Shown here in pieces: positions 9,916-19,659 of a DNA stretch of 64,000 nt; position 1 is the first letter of the stretch; every line of letters starts with the position of its first letter. The notes below the pieces were generated by a model. That model had not been told where the DNA came from and did not search any database. It was given only the letters and a program-made list of their open reading frames with translations. Position numbers and translations under genes: made by a program. Source of the stretch: a bacterium (GTDB lineage Bacteria; Patescibacteriota; Microgenomatia; Curtissbacterales; GWA2-41-24); assembly GCA_021813945.1 (NCBI GenBank), contig JAKAJD010000001.1, forward strand, positions 137,744-201,743, given 5' to 3'.

Positions 9916-11279
9916 TCAGTCTTGAAAAAATTGTCGCCCTTGCAAAACGCCGGGGAATAATATATCCCGGCTCCGACATTTACGGAGGTTTAGCAAACAC
10001 TTACGATTATGGCCCTGTAGGAGTCGAAATTTTAAGAAACATAAAAGACATCTGGTGGAAATTTTTTGTCCAGGGAATCGACAACATTGTAGGTCTTGAT
10101 GCAAGCATCATTTCCCATCAAAAACTTTGGCAGGCTTCCGGACACACGTCGGGTTTTGCTGACGCAATGGTTGATTGTAAAAGTTGTAAATCAAGATTTC
10201 GAGCAGATCACCTAATTGAAAATCAAAAAGAAGATTTAAATGTGGAAGGTCAGCCGGAAGAAAAATTATCAGAACTCATAAAAAAGTTTCATATAAAATG
10301 CCCTAATTGTAAAAAAGAAAATTGGACATCTGTTCGCAAATTCAATTTACTTTTTCCTGTAAATTTGGGAATTGTTGAGGGGGATCAATCATTAGCCTAT
10401 CTACGTGGCGAAACAGCCCAGGGAATTTTTATTAATTTCAAAAACGTTGTCGATTCAACCAGGGTTAAATTACCTTTTGGTATTGCCCAAATTGGAAAAA
10501 GTTTTAGAAACGAAATAACTCTCGGCAATTTTATTTTTAGAACCATTGAGTTTGAACAAGGAGAAATCGAATACTTCTTCGACCCCGGTCAAGACACTTG
10601 GGAAAAAATATTTGAAACCTGGAAAAAAACGATGTGGACTTTTGTTACCAAGCAACTATCAATAGACGAAAAAAAACTAAGGTGGCGAAAGCACTCCGAT
10701 GAAGAAAGGTCGTTTTACAGCACCCGCACCGAGGATCTTGAATACCAATTTCCATTTGGCTTTAAGGAATTGTGGGGTCTAGCCTACAGAACCGATTACG
10801 ATCTTAGGCAACACATGGAAGCGTCCGGTGAAGATTTAACAATCGAAGATCCGGCAGGCGGAAAACGGATAACCCCGCATGTCATTGAACCGGCAGTCGG
10901 AATAAATAGGTTACTCTTGATGGTTCTTTTGGATTCATACTCCGAAGACGGCGAAAGGGTTGTCTTAAAACTCGATCCAAAAATTGCGGCCTACAAAGCA
11001 GCCGTTTTTCCCCTTTTGGCAAATAAACCCGACTTGGTAAAAAAAGCAAGGTCAATCTATGATGCCCTAAAGCAAGACTTAAATGTTGTTTGGGACGATC
11101 GCGGCAATATCGGCAAGCGCTATTTCGCTCAAGACGAAATCGGGACCCCTTTCTGCCTAACAGTTGACTTTCAAACCCTAGAGGACAATACAGTCACCCT
11201 CCGCGACCGCGACAGCGCAAAACAGGAAAGACTAAAAATTCCAGAATTGCAAAATACCCTCAAAGAAAAACTCCGCTGA
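9912..11279 (+). CDS. glyQS: glycine--tRNA ligase, homodimeric type
   Basis: YDYGPVG, YLRGETAQG, GIAQIGKSFRNEI, HVIEPAVG; anticodon-binding domain GNIGKRY..QDEIGTP. Confidence 0.95.
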   Translation: MISLEKIVALAKRRGIIYPGSDIYGGLANTYDYGPVGVEILRNIKDIWWKFFVQGIDNIVGLDASIISHQKLWQASGHTSGFADAMVDCKSCKSRFRADHLIENQKEDLNVEGQPEEKLSELIKKFHIKCPNCKKENWTSVRKFNLLFPVNLGIVEGDQSLAYLRGETAQGIFINFKNVVDSTRVKLPFGIAQIGKSFRNEITLGNFIFRTIEFEQGEIEYFFDPGQDTWEKIFETWKKTMWTFVTKQLSIDEKKLRWRKHSDEERSFYSTRTEDLEYQFPFGFKELWGLAYRTDYDLRQHMEASGEDLTIEDPAGGKRITPHVIEPAVGINRLLLMVLLDSYSEDGERVVLKLDPKIAAYKAAVFPLLANKPDLVKKARSIYDALKQDLNVVWDDRGNIGKRYFAQDEIGTPFCLTVDFQTLEDNTVTLRDRDSAKQERLKIPELQNTLKEKLR

Positions 11280-11357
11280 AATACCAAAATCAGCCATATC
11301 CCTCATTAAGAGTGTAAGCTTGCAAAAGAAAATTCAATGTATTAATATTTGCCAATT

Positions 11358-11963
11358 ATGGTAAGAGGAGAACCTCGAACACAGATTCAGCCAGAAATCA
11401 CGAGCAGAAGTGTTATAGAAGAAACCCAGCTTGCAACGGGGATTAGATTTCACGTCCACACGCTGGATACATTGACTGTCGCCGAAGAGCTAGCATCTCG
11501 TGTTGGAAGACAAGCCTCTTGTGTGGACGTTCTTGCTCAAATTGCCAGATTCGACACAGACCTTCGCCACATTGTTCCAAACGCAGAAATTGGCGAATTA
11601 ATACGGACTCAAATTGCAAAAAAAGGTGAAAAGCCCACCACTAGTGATAGGCGAATTAGCGTAGATTTAGAAAATGCTATCCGGCTGGCGGCCGATATTG
11701 CAGCAGATTTAGCAACTGTTAGACCGATACACCTTCTTGAAGCCCTCACCCAACAGCCCGAGGTCGAAAATGCCTTGAAAGAAAAAGAAGGTGGCCTGCA
11801 GGCGCTAAAAGATGAATTTAAATTACACAAGGCTACGTACAGCATCAAGGCTGCGGCCTATGTTCTCACCATTGGTAATATATCTCGATCAAAACGCCTA
11901 GAATTCTTATCAAAATTTCAGCAAGCAGCAGAAGTACTAAAAGACGACACTGGAAAAAGTTAG
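11358..11963 (+). CDS. orphan protein with a Clp N-terminal-repeat-like segment
   Basis: ISVDLENAIRLAADIA..VRPIHLLEAL resembles Clp_N. TTGCAA-N17-TAATAT lies 9 nt before ATG 11358. Confidence 0.55.
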   Translation: MVRGEPRTQIQPEITSRSVIEETQLATGIRFHVHTLDTLTVAEELASRVGRQASCVDVLAQIARFDTDLRHIVPNAEIGELIRTQIAKKGEKPTTSDRRISVDLENAIRLAADIAADLATVRPIHLLEALTQQPEVENALKEKEGGLQALKDEFKLHKATYSIKAAAYVLTIGNISRSKRLEFLSKFQQAAEVLKDDTGKS

Positions 11964-12027
11964 AATAACTCGTCCTAAATTTGACTAAATCGCCTCCAGC
12001 CCTCATACTATAGCAAGGCAAAAACCC

Positions 12028-13596
12028 GTGTTATCAAGCCACAATTTTAACCTCGAAAAACCGCACGACCACTGCGGCCTAGCGGGCGCAGTAGCAAAAG
12101 ACGGCGTAAACGCTTCCAATGTTGTTATAGAAATGGGCAAAGCCCTTCAGCATCGTGGCCAAAATGGCGGTGGGGTTGCCGTCAAAGGAGAAGGTAAGCT
12201 GCTAAAGGTTTTCAAAAAAGCGAAGCCATTCAATGAAATTTTTACTTCGATTGAAGTTGTTGAAGAGAATACACTTCGAGGTGAAATTGCTATAGCCCAT
12301 TTAAGATATCCAACGGAGGGTGCTGGTCGCCAAAATTGTGACGCACAACCTTTTTATGCACAATATAAAGGTTGGGAACTTGCACTAGGCCACAACGGCA
12401 GCATCGTCGACGTCAAAAAGCACAGGGCAAAATTGGAAAAGTTTAAGATCCAAACCGATTCCGATTCAGATTCCGAAATTTTGGCTTGGCTTATTGTAAC
12501 GGCCCCCGGTGCATCGTGGCGCCAGAAAATTTCAAATGCTCTCTCAGACGTCAAAGGTGCCTATTCGCTCGTCATGGTCACAGGTGACGACAAACTCCTG
12601 GCGCTTCGCGACCCATGGGGAATACGACCGCTTGTCTGGAGTCAGGACAATGGCCATATCTTCGTGGCATCCGAAACTTGCGCCCTCGACAGAATCAGTA
12701 TCCGTCACAGCAAGAGGCTTGAAAACGGTAAGCTTCTTGTGGCAGATAAAAATGGTGTATCGGTTACCGATTATGCAAAGCCACAAAAAAGAAGCTTTTG
12801 CATTTTTGAAAAGCTTTATTTTTCTCACGAAACGTCAACGTGGGATGGTGTAATCGGTCAAAACAGGGAAAGCCTGGGACAACAACTTGGCCTGGAAGAA
12901 GCAGCTCGAATAAAAAGCGAAAAAACTCAAAAAGATACATTTAAAAATGTCGATTACGTTGTTGCCGTTCCGGATACTGCCAGACCAGGAGCCTTTGCTT
13001 TTTTTGAAACTCTGGAGAGGGAGCTAGGGTTCCAAAATACGAAACTTGAATATTTTCGTGGGCTTGTCAAGGAAAGGTACGATTACGCCAAAAGGACATT
13101 TATAGAAGACGACCCCTATCTCAGAAAAAGGCATATCGAAAAAAAGTTTTTCGTTTCCCCGGCAATTATTGGCAAATCGATTTATCTAATAGACGACACG
13201 GCAGTTCGCCTCAACACGTTTAGGATTCTAGTCGAACACTTGCAAAATATAGGTGTTGCGGAAATCCACTGCCGATTTTTGGCCCCAAAGTTTTTAAACC
13301 CATGTTTTCTAGGAGTCAATATCGGCTCTCGAGACGAACTGGGTGCGGTGAAAAAGGCAAAAGATGGCACTTACAGTGAAAAGACTGAAGAAGAAATAAG
13401 GCGTGAGCTGAAAGTTGCCTCTTTGCATTACTTATCTTTTGATGGACTGGCACGATCACTGAATCTTTCAACTCGCGAGATGGAGAGTACTCACTGCACT
13501 GGCTGCTTAAGCTACAACAACCCATTTGATATGCGCCCCTACGACCCCGAATATCCTAAAGTTACATATCTTAAAGCCAAAAAGGTGTTATCATAA
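12028..13596 (+). CDS. purF: amidophosphoribosyltransferase (propeptide and Fe-S type), divergent
   Basis: Propeptide then CG; LQHRGQ, HLRY, HNG, RDPWGIRPL, ASETCAL, FCIFE, PCFLG, CTGC. Confidence 0.88.
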   Translation: MLSSHNFNLEKPHDHCGLAGAVAKDGVNASNVVIEMGKALQHRGQNGGGVAVKGEGKLLKVFKKAKPFNEIFTSIEVVEENTLRGEIAIAHLRYPTEGAGRQNCDAQPFYAQYKGWELALGHNGSIVDVKKHRAKLEKFKIQTDSDSDSEILAWLIVTAPGASWRQKISNALSDVKGAYSLVMVTGDDKLLALRDPWGIRPLVWSQDNGHIFVASETCALDRISIRHSKRLENGKLLVADKNGVSVTDYAKPQKRSFCIFEKLYFSHETSTWDGVIGQNRESLGQQLGLEEAARIKSEKTQKDTFKNVDYVVAVPDTARPGAFAFFETLERELGFQNTKLEYFRGLVKERYDYAKRTFIEDDPYLRKRHIEKKFFVSPAIIGKSIYLIDDTAVRLNTFRILVEHLQNIGVAEIHCRFLAPKFLNPCFLGVNIGSRDELGAVKKAKDGTYSEKTEEEIRRELKVASLHYLSFDGLARSLNLSTREMESTHCTGCLSYNNPFDMRPYDPEYPKVTYLKAKKVLS

Positions 13597-13603
13597 ATTT
13601 AGT

Positions 13604-13696
13604 ATGAAGTTTCAAAAAGAAGTCCTAGCACTTATCGCAGCAGTTCTTGCAACAGTTATAATCGTCGTTTTCATCATCTTCCAGATCACTCTTTAA
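13604..13696 (+). CDS. 30-aa single-TM small protein
   Basis: Manual translation MKFQKEVLALIAAVLATVIIVVFIIFQITL; starts 7 nt after the purF stop. Confidence 0.45.
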   Translation: MKFQKEVLALIAAVLATVIIVVFIIFQITL

Positions 13697-13705
13697 ATCT
13701 CTGCA

Positions 13706-13776
13706 GAAGGTCAGGCCCAAAGCTTAAGGGCAGGCCTTTGTGCAGCAATAATCTTAGGTTACGGCCTGTGCCCTTA
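13706..13776. repeat. REP-like repeat cluster, copy 1
   Basis: gaaggtcaggccc (13706), taagggcaggccttt (13725) and inverted ggcctgtgccctta (13763-13776); same motif as 59399-59531. Confidence 0.6.
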
Positions 13777-13811
13777 CCCGGCCAAGAACAAATTTGAGCG
13801 TCTTTTACCTC

Positions 13812-13864
13812 TTGACAACCTTCATTAAATGGTGAAAAATGGTAATAGATGGTGATAAATGGTG
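13812..13864 (+). promoter_or_regulatory. dcw promoter with four putative MraZ boxes
   Basis: TTGACA at 13812, then ATGGTR at 13829, 13839, 13849 and 13859 (exact 10-bp period). Confidence 0.8.
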
Positions 13865-13973
13865 AAACTCACTATCACCATCATAACTCCTAGCTAAGCT
13901 GCCCGGAGTTAATTTCCCCAAAGGGAAGAGGTTGTAAGGGTCCCTCCTACACTATGTTTCGGAGGGTAAAAAG

Positions 13974-14366
13974 ATGTTTCTGGGCAGCTACATACCTTCA
14001 TTCGATAAGCATTCAAGAAGGATTGCTTTACCAAAAAAAATACGTGACTATCTTGCGACAAGTGAAGTTATTCTGTCTTTCGGCTTCGAAAAATGCCTTT
14101 TTGGCTTTGACACCAAAACTTGGCAAAAGGAATCCGAAAAACAGCTTGCTTTGCCTCTTACCGAAAGACGTTCACGCAATATACGCCGTTTCATTTTCGC
14201 CAATGCAACCGTTATCAAGCTCGATGATCAAGGCCGGTTTGTTATTCCTGGCAATTACCTGGAATACGCACAGATTGCAAAGCCAGTAGTAGTCGGTGCC
14301 GGTGATCATTTTGAAATTTGGGAAGAAGCAAACTGGGGTGAAGAGTTAAAAAAACTGGAGGCTTAA
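13974..14366 (+). CDS. mraZ: transcriptional repressor MraZ
   Basis: MFLG start, two SpoVT/AbrB repeats (RIALP, LDDQGRFVIP), GAGDHFEIW. Confidence 0.95.
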   Translation: MFLGSYIPSFDKHSRRIALPKKIRDYLATSEVILSFGFEKCLFGFDTKTWQKESEKQLALPLTERRSRNIRRFIFANATVIKLDDQGRFVIPGNYLEYAQIAKPVVVGAGDHFEIWEEANWGEELKKLEA

Positions 14367-14370
14367 AAAG

Positions 14371-15234
14371 GTGAAAAATTTTCACCAAAGCGTACTTTTA
14401 AAAGAAGCGGTAGACGGTCTTAACGTAAAACAGGATCGCCTTTATATAGATGCAACGGCAGGAGGAGGAGGTCACACAGAAGAAATTTTAAAAAGAGGCG
14501 GGAAGGTACTGGCAATAGATAGGGATTCGGAAGCAATTGATTATCTTAGGGAAAAGCGGCTGGAAAATTTAACTTTAGTAAATGATAATTTTTCGCACAT
14601 TAAAAGCATTGCAGTAAAGTTTGGGTTCGAAAAAGTTGAAGGAATAATCTTTGACTTAGGTGTTTCATCGCACCAGCTCGATGAAGCAAAAAGGGGCTTC
14701 AGTTTTCAAAAGGAAGGCCCATTGGATATGAGGATGGATCCGGCTTTACCAATTACAGCTTCAGATCTTGTAAATAATTTCGAAAAAAGGAGGATTCATG
14801 AAATTATTAAAGATTTTGGGCAAGAAAAACTTAGTTGGCCAATTGCTGACGCTATTTCTAGCGCCCGTCAATTAAAAAGGATTAACTCAACTAGTGAACT
14901 TGCTCAAATAGTAAGTGAGGTGTATCGAAAATACCGCCGAAAGTCTAAGTTGCATCCGGCAACAAAAACTTTTCAGGCATTACGAATAGTTGTAAACAGC
15001 GAACTGCTGAACTTAGAGGAGGCTTTACCGCAGACTGTCGAAATACTTAAGAAAGGAGGCCGGTTGGTAGTTATTAGTTTTCATTCACTTGAAGATGCAC
15101 AAGTCAAACGATTCTTCAAGCAAGCTGCCCGCTTGAAAACTGTAAACAAAACCCCAATCGGCCCGGGGGCCGGGGAAATTCAAAAAAACCCACGGTCCCG
15201 CAGCGCAAAACTCCGCATTGCGGAGAAAATCTAA
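14371..15234 (+). CDS. rsmH: 16S rRNA m4C1402 methyltransferase
   Basis: HQSVLLKE, DATAGGGGH, DLGVSSHQLD..RGFSF, ISFHSLED, NPRSRSAKLR. Confidence 0.97.
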   Translation: MKNFHQSVLLKEAVDGLNVKQDRLYIDATAGGGGHTEEILKRGGKVLAIDRDSEAIDYLREKRLENLTLVNDNFSHIKSIAVKFGFEKVEGIIFDLGVSSHQLDEAKRGFSFQKEGPLDMRMDPALPITASDLVNNFEKRRIHEIIKDFGQEKLSWPIADAISSARQLKRINSTSELAQIVSEVYRKYRRKSKLHPATKTFQALRIVVNSELLNLEEALPQTVEILKKGGRLVVISFHSLEDAQVKRFFKQAARLKTVNKTPIGPGAGEIQKNPRSRSAKLRIAEKI

Positions 15235-15270
15235 TATACCCGAAAGGGATAGGGAAAAAGCAAAAAAATC

Positions 15271-15579
15271 ATGCCCAACGATTTCAGAGTTGCCAAAAAG
15301 CAACCCAGTTACAATTTAATAGGAAAAATAAGAGTTCGCGTCTTGGTTGTTTTAACAGTCTTGGTTTGCAGCCTCTTTTTTGCTCAATTGGTTTTTGCTA
15401 ATAACCTTGCAACAGATGGACAAAAACTAGGTCAAATCCAAGCGCAAATAGCCAATCTAAAAGATCAGAATATGACGCTTAGAGTTCAAATAGCCCAAAC
15501 GTCTTCTTTCCAGACGCTTGCAAAAAAGGCTGCCGAAATGGGCTTTGTAAACCCTAAAGATCCAATTATCCTCAAGTAG
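15271..15579 (+). CDS. ftsL: FtsL-like cell division protein
   Basis: TM helix plus coiled coil ending A..MGF; lies between rsmH and ftsI. Confidence 0.7.
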   Translation: MPNDFRVAKKQPSYNLIGKIRVRVLVVLTVLVCSLFFAQLVFANNLATDGQKLGQIQAQIANLKDQNMTLRVQIAQTSSFQTLAKKAAEMGFVNPKDPIILK

Positions 15580-15606
15580 GTTTTATTTTGTTAAACTAAT
15601 ATACTA

Positions 15607-17352
15607 GTGGATAGAATCAAGGTTTTCCAAATTGTAGCTTATGTAGTTGCGGCCATAATAATTACCCGCCTCTTCTATTGGCAATTTCTAGCAAAAGTAG
15701 AAACCAATGCTTCCAGCATTGCCGACGAGAGCAAAATTCCTGCATCACGTGGCGAAATATTTGCTTCCGATGGTTTCCCTCTTGTTGCCAACCAAGAAGC
15801 GTTTCTTCTTTACGGCCAGCCGAACTCATTAAACACTAATCCTCAAACTGCGGCCCAACAACTAGCGCCATTTTTAATCTCAGAAAAGTACTCAACTTCA
15901 TCAGCCCAGCTTAGCGATGATGAGAAAAAGTTAAAAGATCAAGAGATAAAAAACGAAGAGCAAGACTTGGCTAACAAGCTCTCCGACAAAAAACTTTTTT
16001 GGGTTCAGCTAGCCCGCAAAATCCCATTAGAAGTAAAAACAAAAATAGACAGCCTTTCCATAAAAGGGCTTGACTTTGAACACGACACAAAAAGATTTTA
16101 TCCAGAAGCCTCAATGGCTGCACAACTTTTGGGTTTTGTTGGTTCGAATAAGTTTGGTGATGACACCGGCTATTTTGGCCTGGAAGGTTATTACGACAGC
16201 CAGCTTAAAGGCCAAGATGGCAGGTTGGGTGAAGAAAAAGATCCTTTGGGTTTTCCAATCCTCGTAGGAAGCTACCATTCAATTCCTCCAAAGGAAGGGG
16301 ATTCCTTATATTTGACGATTGATCGCTCTATTCAATATATTGTTGAAAAGAGGCTTCGAGAAGACGTTCAGAAATATGGTGCTAAGGATGGAACAGTTAT
16401 TGTATCCGATCCAAAAACTGGGCACATTTTAGCTATGTCGACATATCCCAACTTTAATCCCAGCTTATTTTCGGAATATAGCGAGTCGGATTTTAAAAAT
16501 CCTGCAGTATCCGATGCTTACGAACCCGGAAGCACTTTCAAATTGATTGCTATGTCGGCTGCTTTAGATTTATCACTTCTTGACCCTAACACCCGCTGCG
16601 ACGTCTGCTCTGGCCCCAGAACTATAGGAGATTACCAGATCGAGACTTGGAATAAACAGTATTTTCCAAATTCAACAATGACAGAGGTCATACAACATTC
16701 CGACAACGTTGGTATGACTTTTGTTGCGGATAAACTCGGCATAGATAGATTTTCGGATTATATTAGAAAATTTGGCTTTGGTGCAAAAACCGGAATGGAT
16801 GTGCAAGGGGAAATACCTGGGTTAATAAGATCAAAGGACGAGTGGCGGCCAATAGACCTTGCAACAGCTTCGTTTGGGCAGGGGCTGGCAGTTACCCCAA
16901 TTCAAATGGTTCAAGCTGCCCAGGCAATAGCCAATGGCGGCAAGCTGATTGCCCCAAGAGTCGTTTCTAAAATCGTGGAAAACGGTCGTGAAATTACAGT
17001 GGGCTCTCCATCCGAACAGCAAGTAATATCTCAAAAGACTTCAGCGCTCATGACAGAGATGATGGTAAATGCTGTTGAAAAGGGAGAAGCTCACGCCTTT
17101 GCACCAAAAGGCTACAGCATTGCCGGTAAAACGGGTACGGCACAAATTCCTGTTGCCGGCCATTACGATCCTACCAAAACTATTGCAAGCTTCATCGGAT
17201 TTGCCCCTGCCGAAAATCCCAAATTTGTAATGCTTGTCCGTTTCACCGAGCCTTCGTCATCAATCTTCGGCGCTGAGACAGCGGCCCCAACATTCTTTGG
17301 AATTGCTAAGGATATATTCAACTATCTTTCCATCTCGCCTAATTCAAATTAA
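15607..17352 (+). CDS. ftsI: class B penicillin-binding protein (FtsI)
   Basis: RGEI, RFYP, GLEG, EPGSTFK (SxxK), SDN, KTGTAQ. Confidence 0.93.
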   Translation: MDRIKVFQIVAYVVAAIIITRLFYWQFLAKVETNASSIADESKIPASRGEIFASDGFPLVANQEAFLLYGQPNSLNTNPQTAAQQLAPFLISEKYSTSSAQLSDDEKKLKDQEIKNEEQDLANKLSDKKLFWVQLARKIPLEVKTKIDSLSIKGLDFEHDTKRFYPEASMAAQLLGFVGSNKFGDDTGYFGLEGYYDSQLKGQDGRLGEEKDPLGFPILVGSYHSIPPKEGDSLYLTIDRSIQYIVEKRLREDVQKYGAKDGTVIVSDPKTGHILAMSTYPNFNPSLFSEYSESDFKNPAVSDAYEPGSTFKLIAMSAALDLSLLDPNTRCDVCSGPRTIGDYQIETWNKQYFPNSTMTEVIQHSDNVGMTFVADKLGIDRFSDYIRKFGFGAKTGMDVQGEIPGLIRSKDEWRPIDLATASFGQGLAVTPIQMVQAAQAIANGGKLIAPRVVSKIVENGREITVGSPSEQQVISQKTSALMTEMMVNAVEKGEAHAFAPKGYSIAGKTGTAQIPVAGHYDPTKTIASFIGFAPAENPKFVMLVRFTEPSSSIFGAETAAPTFFGIAKDIFNYLSISPNSN

Positions 17353-17371
17353 AGTGCTAATATGAAAGCGT

Positions 17372-17641
17372 ATGGATGCCTTCCTAAAAGACTACATCCT
17401 TAGCTTCGACAAGAGTCAACCTATCGTAAGTTCCATCATCCTCTTTGTTTTAGTTACCTGGTCTTTTGTATGGAAAGGTCTAGCGCTTTGGCACTCTGCA
17501 AAAAATGAAGACAAATATTGGTTCATTGCGATTTTAATATTGAACACAATCGGTCTTTTGGAAATAGTTTATTTGTTTTTATTTTCCAAAAAAAGGTGGA
17601 CAATTGGTAAAGTTAAAAAATATATAGAAAGTTACATTTAA
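17372..17641 (+). CDS. DUF5652-like small membrane protein
   Basis: WKGLALWHSA....WFIAILILNTIGLLEIVYL signature. Confidence 0.75.
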   Translation: MDAFLKDYILSFDKSQPIVSSIILFVLVTWSFVWKGLALWHSAKNEDKYWFIAILILNTIGLLEIVYLFLFSKKRWTIGKVKKYIESYI

Positions 17642-17644
17642 GCC

Positions 17645-17680
17645 ATATTTGGCACTTGTGGGGTTTGTACTGCCAAATAT
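17645..17680. terminator. inverted repeat between convergent genes, probable terminator
   Basis: atatttggca-N16-tgccaaatat (perfect 10-bp stem); a second small hairpin at 17733-17749. Confidence 0.5.
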
Positions 17681-17765
17681 TCGCATTGTTCGTTTACGCT
17701 ATTCCAGAGCCCTATTTTGATACATTTGAGTCACTATTTTCGAAATAGTATTGATGGGTTATTTT

Positions 17766-18362
17766 TTAAGCAGCAGCAGCTCTTTCTTTGATAACTCTTA
17801 TATCCCTCGCACAGATTACCAGTTGTCTCGCTATAAGGTTCGCCTTTTCAGTTGTGCCAAATTCTGGTGTTCTCGGCCTAAAAAAGTTTCGTTTAACCTC
17901 GCCTGACAACCTAGCTAAGGCTACTGAGATATCATCGACAAGATCGCAAGCAGCATCTTGTCCTATTTGTCCCGCAAAAGCTTCCTCCATACTAATGATG
18001 AGCCTGCGTGTATCGTTTTTTTCCTTCCACTTGATCTCAGAATATGCCTGGCGCTCAGGATGTTTTCTAGGAAGATGAATTACTGAAGGTTTATCATCAG
18101 CCGCAAGTCTTCCCACCAGATAATGTCTTAAAAGAAGCAATTCCTGTGCTGTTAAAGTGTCAAGAATAATTCGGTTTGCAGGGCTATCTATGATTAACGA
18201 GGCAAAAGCTCCGTATCCACGATCCTCCCAAAATTTTAGTGCAGCCCCGGAAAGATCCGTACGTGTTTCTCTATATTTTCCTAAATCCGGATTTCTGGGC
18301 AAATCGCGCTTGCCCAGCCCAGCATTTTCCAATTGAGCTTGAAAATGCATCTCCCTCAGCAT
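17766..18362 (-). CDS. orphan hypothetical protein inserted in the dcw cluster
   Basis: 198 aa, Arg-rich; TAAAAT a few nt before the ATG. Confidence 0.6.
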   Translation of the reverse strand: MLREMHFQAQLENAGLGKRDLPRNPDLGKYRETRTDLSGAALKFWEDRGYGAFASLIIDSPANRIILDTLTAQELLLLRHYLVGRLAADDKPSVIHLPRKHPERQAYSEIKWKEKNDTRRLIISMEEAFAGQIGQDAACDLVDDISVALARLSGEVKRNFFRPRTPEFGTTEKANLIARQLVICARDIRVIKERAAAA

Positions 18363-18450
18363 ACCTGGGTGATTTTAACCCAAATTGAGCAAAATTTCAA
18401 TCCTATAGGTTTGAAATTGACTGAATTTGATGATAAAATAACATAATCTT

Positions 18451-19659
18451 GTGATCTGGCAAAAAGTTAAAAACTATTATCACCTTACCCAAGCCTTTCT
18501 TTCGGCCTTGTATTTTCATTTTCCAGGTAAAAATTTAACTATAATAGGCGTGACTGGGACCGACGGGAAGACAACGACGGTCAATATCATATTTCATATT
18601 CTCAAAAGCAATGGTTATAGGGTTTCGATGGTATCATCCATCGGGGCGCAAATTGGCAATAATTCCCAAGATACGGGTTTCCATGTCACTACCCCTAGCC
18701 CGTTTCAGGTTCAAAAACTGATAAATCAAGCTCAAAAAGCAGGCAGCAAGTATCTGATACTGGAAGCTACTTCCCACGGATTAGAGCAAAATAGGCTTGC
18801 GTTTGTAAATTTTAAAATCTCTGTTGTCACAAATATCACCTCAGACCATATGGATTACCATAAAACATGGTCAAACTATGCAAGCGCCAAGGCCAAACTC
18901 TTTAAAGATGCATCTATTTCAGTATTGAATAAAGACGATAAATCATACCAATTTTTAAAACAAAAAATATCGGGTAAAATAATTACCTATTCAACACAAA
19001 ACAAAGCTGATTTGAACTCAAAAGCATACAATTTAGACTCAATATTTGCTCAAAGATATAACCGGTCTAATGCTTTGGCAGCTGTAGCCGCCTGCCTCGC
19101 AATCGGACTGCCCAAAAATAAAATCGTAAAAGCTTTAAAAACCTTTAAGGGGATACCTGGCAGATTTGAGAAAGTAAATGCCGGGCAGAAATTTGAAGCA
19201 ATAGTAGATTTTGCTCACACCCCTAACGCTTTTGAAAATATCCTCACAGAACTAAAAGGAAGAAAGAAAGTTAAATCAAAGCTTATTGCTGTTTTTGGAT
19301 CCGCCGGCAAAAGGGATAAAGGGAAAAGGCCGCTAATGGGTGAAATAGCAGCAAAGTTAGCAGATACTTCTATAATCACCTCCGAAGATCCTAGAACGGA
19401 AAATCAAGATTCCATAATTTCGCAAATTTCAGAAGGCTTCAAAAAGTTGGGCAAAAAAGAAAATATCAACTACTTTAAAATTCCCGACAGGGGCACAGCA
19501 ATTTCCTTTGCAGTTAATCTGGCAAAAAATAATGACACAGTTGTATTTTTGGGCAAAGGCCATGAAAAGAGTATGACAATTGGGAAGAGGGATTATCCAT
19601 GGGATGAAGTGGAAGAAGTAAAAAAAGCAATACGAAAGGTTATAAAGAATGAAAAATAG
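18451..19659 (+). CDS. murE: UDP-MurNAc-tripeptide synthetase
   Basis: GVTGTDGKTTT, LEATSHG, DHMDYH, VDFAHTP, GKRDKGKRPLMG, EDPR, GKGHE. Confidence 0.92.
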   Translation: MIWQKVKNYYHLTQAFLSALYFHFPGKNLTIIGVTGTDGKTTTVNIIFHILKSNGYRVSMVSSIGAQIGNNSQDTGFHVTTPSPFQVQKLINQAQKAGSKYLILEATSHGLEQNRLAFVNFKISVVTNITSDHMDYHKTWSNYASAKAKLFKDASISVLNKDDKSYQFLKQKISGKIITYSTQNKADLNSKAYNLDSIFAQRYNRSNALAAVAACLAIGLPKNKIVKALKTFKGIPGRFEKVNAGQKFEAIVDFAHTPNAFENILTELKGRKKVKSKLIAVFGSAGKRDKGKRPLMGEIAAKLADTSIITSEDPRTENQDSIISQISEGFKKLGKKENINYFKIPDRGTAISFAVNLAKNNDTVVFLGKGHEKSMTIGKRDYPWDEVEEVKKAIRKVIKNEK

